DNA of 64,000 nucleotides from a bacterium (GTDB lineage: Bacteria > SAR324 > XYD2-FULL-50-16 > G965216635): the NCBI GenBank assembly GCA_965216635.1, contig OZ244188.1:480001-544000 (forward strand). Reading direction: 5' to 3'. Within the stretch, counting starts at the first letter, position 1; each line of letters opens with the position of its first letter. This document shows, piece after piece, positions 58,831 through 64,000 of the stretch. The notes under the pieces were generated by a model. That model saw only the letters and a list, made by a program, of their open reading frames with translations, ran no database searches and was not told the origin of the DNA. Position numbers and translations under genes: made by a program.

Positions 58831-60795
58831 ATGATAAAAACGATTATTATTTTATTTTTTTACTTTTTAGGAATACTAGCCTATTCTGCAGAAAAATACT
58901 CTAAAAGTTCTCAGAAAAATTTCAATACTTTTTTGGAGTTGTCGCAATCTTCTGATTATATAAAGTTTTTAAAAACAGATACTTCTTCTTTTAGCGGTTT
59001 GCAAAAGGATCTAGCTGTTTTTTATCAAGCGGATGCTTATTTTAAGTTAAAAAACTATAAAAAATCTTATGAGACTTATAAGCAACTTTCTTTCTCCTTA
59101 AGAAAAATTTTTGAGAGCAAAATAGTCTCCTATTTTACACAAACAAATCCTCACTCAAAAATCACAAGCCAAGATTTTGTTTCTACAGCAACTTATTTTC
59201 CTCGTAGTTTGAAAAATGCTACTTTTATCAAACTAGCGTTAGAGACATTCAAAAAAGATTCACCCCAAACAAATTTAACAGGCAGAGAAAAATTCCAAAT
59301 ACATTTTTGGCTACTAGGCGAAATCAAAACTCTAAAAAAAGAAAATTTCACAAACAAAGAATATTTAATTCACTTAGGCAGTCTTTATAAAAAAAAAGAA
59401 TATACCTATCTAGTAAAAGAGTTCCCAAAAATCCAGCAAAGATTTAAAAATCCAAAGAGCAGAATAGATAAAAAAAACAATGCAGATTTTTTGTATCTAT
59501 ACGCCCGCACTTTAAGAAAAAAAAAACAATATGCAAAAGCTCTGCAGATATTAGATAACACTGCTATTTTAGGGCACAGTAAAGCGATTGCTTTAAAATT
59601 TAATCTTTACTTAGCTACAAATCAAAAAACGGAAGCTCATAATTACATCAATTTTCTAAAAGGTAAGGTAGAGCAGAAAGTTATTAACCAACTTAGACTA
59701 GATTTTGGCAATCGTCATTATCTCAATCGGGAATACGAAGATAGCCTGTATCGGTTTGCTAAAGTGCAAAGCAATCATATTAAAAAAGAAGCAAATGAGA
59801 GGATGCTTTGGTATCAGTTTTTTGCAGGTTTGCATAGAAATGATTTTACAGCAAAAAAATATTTGGCACAAAGCAAAAAACAAAAATTCTATTCTTCCAA
59901 ATATGCAGCTAGTATTTGTTTTTGGGAAATCAAAGCAGGATACAGAAAAATTGCCGATAAAAAAAATCCTTGTTTCCCGCAGTATTTTTTAAGCTATTAC
60001 GGTTGGCAAGTATTTCATCTCACACAAATAGATTCTAAAATTTCTGCCTTAGCCAGAGCACTACCTCCCAAAAAACCGACAAAGCAAAAAGATTTTTCTA
60101 AAGATTATTTATTCCAAGTTTTTTCACAACTCTACGAGTTAGAAGAAGCTAAAATAGCAGATAGGATTGTTTTTTATTTTTTTAAGAAAGACATGTCCCA
60201 AGAAAATTTTTTAAGACTAGCAGCTCTTTTTCGCTTACAAGAAAAATATAACAATTTGATAAAACTAGCTAATGTAGGTTTTTCTTTTAACAAATTAAAA
60301 AATGACCCTTTTCTTTATCACTGGTTACAAACACTTTACCCTTTGGGTTACTTTGATCAAATCGTTAAATTGAGTAAAAAAAATAATCTAGACCCTTACC
60401 TTGTGCTAGCTCTTATTAGAGAAGAATCTCATTTTAACCCCGAGATTGTATCCTCTGTGGGGGCTTTAGGATTGATGCAACTTATGCCTGCTACTGCGAA
60501 AGAAATAGCCCGTCGTCAGAAAATTCAGTTCCAGAAAAAAAAGATTACTGATGTTTCTACGAATTTGGATTTTGGCATCACATTTTTAAAATGGACTTTA
60601 GAAATGTTTGATGGCGATGTTATTTTTGCACTAGCCGCATACAACGGAGGTGCGGGCAATGTCAAGAAATGGAAAAAAAGGCAATATAAAGATATGGATT
60701 ATTTTGTAGAATATATACCTTTTTCAGAAACTAGAAATTATGTCAAAAAAGTTTTGAGGAGTTATGAAATATACAAATATTTGTATGCTGAATAA
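58831..60795 (+). CDS. Soluble lytic transglycosylase (Slt family)
   Basis: IREES.F, GLMQLMP.TA, AAYNGG, IPFSETRNYV. Confidence 0.92.
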   Translation: MIKTIIILFFYFLGILAYSAEKYSKSSQKNFNTFLELSQSSDYIKFLKTDTSSFSGLQKDLAVFYQADAYFKLKNYKKSYETYKQLSFSLRKIFESKIVSYFTQTNPHSKITSQDFVSTATYFPRSLKNATFIKLALETFKKDSPQTNLTGREKFQIHFWLLGEIKTLKKENFTNKEYLIHLGSLYKKKEYTYLVKEFPKIQQRFKNPKSRIDKKNNADFLYLYARTLRKKKQYAKALQILDNTAILGHSKAIALKFNLYLATNQKTEAHNYINFLKGKVEQKVINQLRLDFGNRHYLNREYEDSLYRFAKVQSNHIKKEANERMLWYQFFAGLHRNDFTAKKYLAQSKKQKFYSSKYAASICFWEIKAGYRKIADKKNPCFPQYFLSYYGWQVFHLTQIDSKISALARALPPKKPTKQKDFSKDYLFQVFSQLYELEEAKIADRIVFYFFKKDMSQENFLRLAALFRLQEKYNNLIKLANVGFSFNKLKNDPFLYHWLQTLYPLGYFDQIVKLSKKNNLDPYLVLALIREESHFNPEIVSSVGALGLMQLMPATAKEIARRQKIQFQKKKITDVSTNLDFGITFLKWTLEMFDGDVIFALAAYNGGAGNVKKWKKRQYKDMDYFVEYIPFSETRNYVKKVLRSYEIYKYLYAE

Positions 60796-61432
60796 AAGGC
60801 TAGTTCTAAAATTTCTTTTCATTGTAAGTCTCTTTTTATTTTTGAATAGCTGCGCTTACAGATTTCAAAATACGGCAGGCAGAGATTTCCAAGAATATCG
60901 GGTGAAAAAAATTGAAGAGTTGCTTTATCTTCAAGGACGGGTTTCGTTAAAAAATGTTGATGCTAATCTGATAGGCTCTGCTGAGTTGTTTGTAAAAAAA
61001 AATATTTTTTTTCTCCATTTAAAAGATTCGTTTTTTCGCTCCATACTACAATTTTCTATGGACAGTAAAAATATCCAACTTGTGCAAAGAAAAAAGGTGA
61101 TGAAATTAAAAAACAATTATCAGAACAAAATCAGACTGTGGGGATTGGATCTAAGCAACGCAGAAATTCAATCTATTTTTTGGGGAAGACAAATACAGAC
61201 AGCCCAGAATTTGGAATTTATTTTTAAAGAAGGCTTGCCTGTTTCTGTAATAAAAAAAAATGCAAAAACAAAACTTCAAGTTCATTATCTAGCTTGGAGA
61301 GAAAATGCTAACATTAGACTGCCCTCAAAAATTCAAATTATTTCCGAAAACCCAGCAGTAGAAATCAAAATTGCTATTAAAAAACATTCAGTTCATCCGA
61401 AAAGTTCACCTATACCAAGCATTTCAAAATAA
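60785..61432 (+). CDS. Lipoprotein, LolB-like
   Basis: Lipobox LNSC after the ATG at 60785; C-terminal Y..W......LP.KI. Confidence 0.55.
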   Translation: MLNKRLVLKFLFIVSLFLFLNSCAYRFQNTAGRDFQEYRVKKIEELLYLQGRVSLKNVDANLIGSAELFVKKNIFFLHLKDSFFRSILQFSMDSKNIQLVQRKKVMKLKNNYQNKIRLWGLDLSNAEIQSIFWGRQIQTAQNLEFIFKEGLPVSVIKKNAKTKLQVHYLAWRENANIRLPSKIQIISENPAVEIKIAIKKHSVHPKSSPIPSISK

Positions 61433-61434
61433 GA

Positions 61435-62745
61435 CTAGCAGTCTAGGGTAGTTTTTCTCTCCCAACTACTCAAATGCGAGCTATAGTCTTGCCATTCATT
61501 TTTCTTTAACTTTATGTAGGCATCTACTAACTCTTTTCCAAGTATTGCTTTTAGGTCATTGTTTTGATCTAGCAACCGCAAGGCGTCCAGTAGGTTTGTA
61601 GGTAATTTTTTCAAAAAACCAGCCTTAGCAAAATCTTTTTCATCGTACATATTTAAATTCAGTGGCTTGCCAGCATCTCGTTTATTTTCTATACCTTCAA
61701 GTCCAGCAGCAACAATACCAGCTTGTGATAAATAAGGATTAGTAGCTCCGTCCATCAATCGTAATTCCAATCTTCCTTTGTCTGGAATACGAATCAGATG
61801 GGTACGGTTATTACCAGAATAACTAATAGCATTAGGAGACCAAGTAGCACCAGAACGTGTTCTGGGAGCGTTAATTCGTTTATAGCTATTGACAGTGGGA
61901 TTGAATATGGCACACAGAGAATCTGCATAATGCAATATGCCACCAAGGAAATGGTAAGCAATTTTAGAAAGTCCTAATTGTTCTTTTTTATCTTCAAAAA
62001 GATTTTTTGAGCCTCCTTTGTTCCAGAATGAAATGTGCGAGTGACACCCGTTGCCCGTCAAATTAGCAAAAGGTTTAGGCATAAAAGTCGCTCTTAAAGA
62101 ATGCTTTTCTGCAATGGATTTCACCATAAATTTAAAAAAAGTATGGCGGTCTGCAGTTTGTAAAACATCGGCGTAATTCCAGTTCATTTCAAACTGTCCG
62201 TTGGCGTCCTCGTGGTCGTTTTGGTAGGCTCCCCATCCCAATTTTTGCATATAGTCGCAGATTTCACTAATAACAGGGTACTGTCTCATCAAAGCCTGCT
62301 GGTCGTAGCAAGGTTTAGCTTGATAATCCATTGTATCAGCAATAGCAGAGCCGTCTGGATTGATTAAGAAAAATTCGCACTCCACGCCTGTTTTGACACG
62401 AAAGTCTTTTTTCTCAGCTTTTGCAATTTGTTTTTTTAAAGCAACCCTAGGAGATGCTTCTACCTGTTTGTTATCCATCCAAAGATCCGAAGCTAGCCAA
62501 GCCACTTCAGGCTTCCAAGGTAGTTGAATCAAACTATCCGCATCAGGTATAGCGAACATATCAGGGTCAGCGGGAACCATATCCAACCAAGCCGCAAAGC
62601 CAGCAAAGCCAGCACCTTCTTTTTGCATTTTTTTGATGGCATCTGCAGGCACCAATTTAGAACGCAACACACCATAAAGATCTACAAAACTGATTAGAAA
62701 ATATCTAATCTTTTGTTTTTTTGCTAATTTATAAAGGTCTATCAT
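61435..62745 (-). CDS. Glutamine synthetase family, GlnT/GmaS (gamma-glutamylmethylamide synthetase-like)
   Basis: KLVP, GAGFAGFA, KPCYDQ, QNDHEDANGQFEMN, ATFMPKP, GATWSP. Confidence 0.88.
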   Translation of the reverse strand: MIDLYKLAKKQKIRYFLISFVDLYGVLRSKLVPADAIKKMQKEGAGFAGFAAWLDMVPADPDMFAIPDADSLIQLPWKPEVAWLASDLWMDNKQVEASPRVALKKQIAKAEKKDFRVKTGVECEFFLINPDGSAIADTMDYQAKPCYDQQALMRQYPVISEICDYMQKLGWGAYQNDHEDANGQFEMNWNYADVLQTADRHTFFKFMVKSIAEKHSLRATFMPKPFANLTGNGCHSHISFWNKGGSKNLFEDKKEQLGLSKIAYHFLGGILHYADSLCAIFNPTVNSYKRINAPRTRSGATWSPNAISYSGNNRTHLIRIPDKGRLELRLMDGATNPYLSQAGIVAAGLEGIENKRDAGKPLNLNMYDEKDFAKAGFLKKLPTNLLDALRLLDQNNDLKAILGKELVDAYIKLKKNEWQDYSSHLSSWERKTTLDC

Positions 62746-62815
62746 AATGAAATTTTTTTATAAAAAAAATCGGAGTGTCCTAGTAATAGGTTATGGTTTA
62801 TCTCCGTCAGTTTCT

Positions 62816-63133
62816 TCAATCCAAATCTTCATATTCTTCACATTTATCGCAATAATGTTTTCTATCAGCACAAGATGGACACAAATAACCTTTATAGGCA
62901 TCACATCCCTCACAATAACACTCATCAATAGTATCGTTTGGTTTTTTACACCAATCACATAGCTTCGCTTTTATAGAATTAGTGTTTTTATTACAAATCT
63001 TACAAGTAAATTGTTTATTACCACAAGTTGGGCAAAAATTGCCTTTATGTCCCAAGCAATCATCACAAGCATAAGATATAACAATATCTTTTAGTTTATC
63101 ACAATTATCACATATATTCAGTTCTTTATCCAT
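62816..63133 (-). CDS. Small cysteine-rich putative metal-binding protein
   Basis: 17 Cys in 105 aa; eight CxxC motifs. Confidence 0.72.
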   Translation of the reverse strand: MDKELNICDNCDKLKDIVISYACDDCLGHKGNFCPTCGNKQFTCKICNKNTNSIKAKLCDWCKKPNDTIDECYCEGCDAYKGYLCPSCADRKHYCDKCEEYEDLD

Positions 63134-63280
63134 AATTTTAATTTAGTTTGTTATTTTATTGTAATAGAAAATTACTTTTTTTTATTTTCCTTTTTTAGGT
63201 TTTGGATTTTTCTTTTCTAAAAAAAGAATTTGTCAAGAAAAATTATAACCTATTACTAGGACATTCCGAAAAAAATCAAG

Positions 63281-64000
63281 TTACTTGGGTTTGATAAAAT
63301 TTCTTAACACCGTATGCAATATCCCTTGATTTCTATAGTATTCTAATTCTACAGGAGTATCTAGTCTGCAAAGCACTGGAATAGATTTATCATCAGCCAT
63401 TAAAGTAAGTTGCTGTTTAGGTTGTAATTCGTCGTTGAGCTCTGCCAAAGAAAAAATTTCTTTACCATTTATCCCGTAGTCACTCGCTACCTTTTGTTCT
63501 AAAAATTGTAAGGGCAAAACTCCCATGCCTATTAAATTAGAGCGATGGATTCTCTCAAAACTAGAAGCAATGACTGCTTTCACTCCTAGAAGGAGAGCTC
63601 CCTTCGCAGCCCAATCTCTGGAAGAGCCTGTGCCATATTCCGTACCAGCAATAACGATAAGAGGAGTTCCATCTTTTTTATATTTTTCTGCTGCCTCAAA
63701 AACACTCATCACTTCTTCTGTTGGAAAATAAGTTGTGAAACCTCCTTCTGTTTCAGGAGCTAATTGGTTTTTGATGCGAATATTTGCAAAAGTTCCTCTC
63801 GTCATCACTCTATCGTTGCCTCTTCTGGATCCGTAGGAGTTAAAATTTTCAGGAGAAATATTTTTTTGCACAAGGTATTTACCCGCTGGTGTATCTTCTT
63901 TAAAAGCCCCTGCTGGTGAAATATGATCTGTGGTTACCGAATTTCCTAAAAGCAGTAAAGCTCTTGCTTTTTCTATGGGTTGAATTTCAGGTGTCTCTTT
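63281..64000 (-). CDS. acnA: Aconitate hydratase A, 3' part (runs off the window)
   Basis: TTDH-like [38 protein letters not shown]. Confidence 0.96.
   Translation of the reverse strand, partial: KETPEIQPIEKARALLLLGNSVTTDHISPAGAFKEDTPAGKYLVQKNISPENFNSYGSRRGNDRVMTRGTFANIRIKNQLAPETEGGFTTYFPTEEVMSVFEAAEKYKKDGTPLIVIAGTEYGTGSSRDWAAKGALLLGVKAVIASSFERIHRSNLIGMGVLPLQFLEQKVASDYGINGKEIFSLAELNDELQPKQQLTLMADDKSIPVLCRLDTPVELEYYRNQGILHTVLRNFIKPK

Overview
AT-rich bacterial chromosomal window (roughly 30-33% GC by eye). Gene content includes LPS genes, GldG/DUF4340, a GlnT/GmaS-type synthetase, an EF-G2-like fusA and an ankyrin lipoprotein. This is compatible with a deltaproteobacterium-like, possibly host-associated organism (inference only). 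About 5-24 kb is the str/S10/spc/alpha ribosomal cluster, with rplC, rpmD, map and rpsD missing from their usual slots. The rest is housekeeping genes (leuB, proB/proC, tmk, kdsD, rnhB, def, menA, gatB, serS plus two tRNA-Ser, SRP RNA, rpsB-tsf-pyrH-ndk, slt, acnA) interspersed with single accessory genes. The most striking non-gene signal is a family of about 30 modular palindromic elements, mostly 30-350 bp and up to 510 bp when nested, with ends like TAGACCTTTGAATT...AATTCAAAGGTCTA. They fill most intergenic spaces, including those inside ribosomal operons. One copy has an ERIC-like core. Copies swap arms, carry an optional ~100-bp cassette whose 11-bp hairpin covaries between copies, and nest inside each other at the apical loop. 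They also supply gene ends, bracket proC as a near-identical inverted pair, and in one case enclose a 25-bp fragment identical to the scpB/proB junction 20 kb away. Other oddities are an S2 protein with 16 x 13-aa tandem repeats, a variable cargo site between a VOC gene and gatB with a chimeric junction, a frameshifted paralog behind an 8-bp VNTR, and a 17-Cys small protein. No transposase, integrase, reverse transcriptase, Cas gene or CRISPR array was seen.
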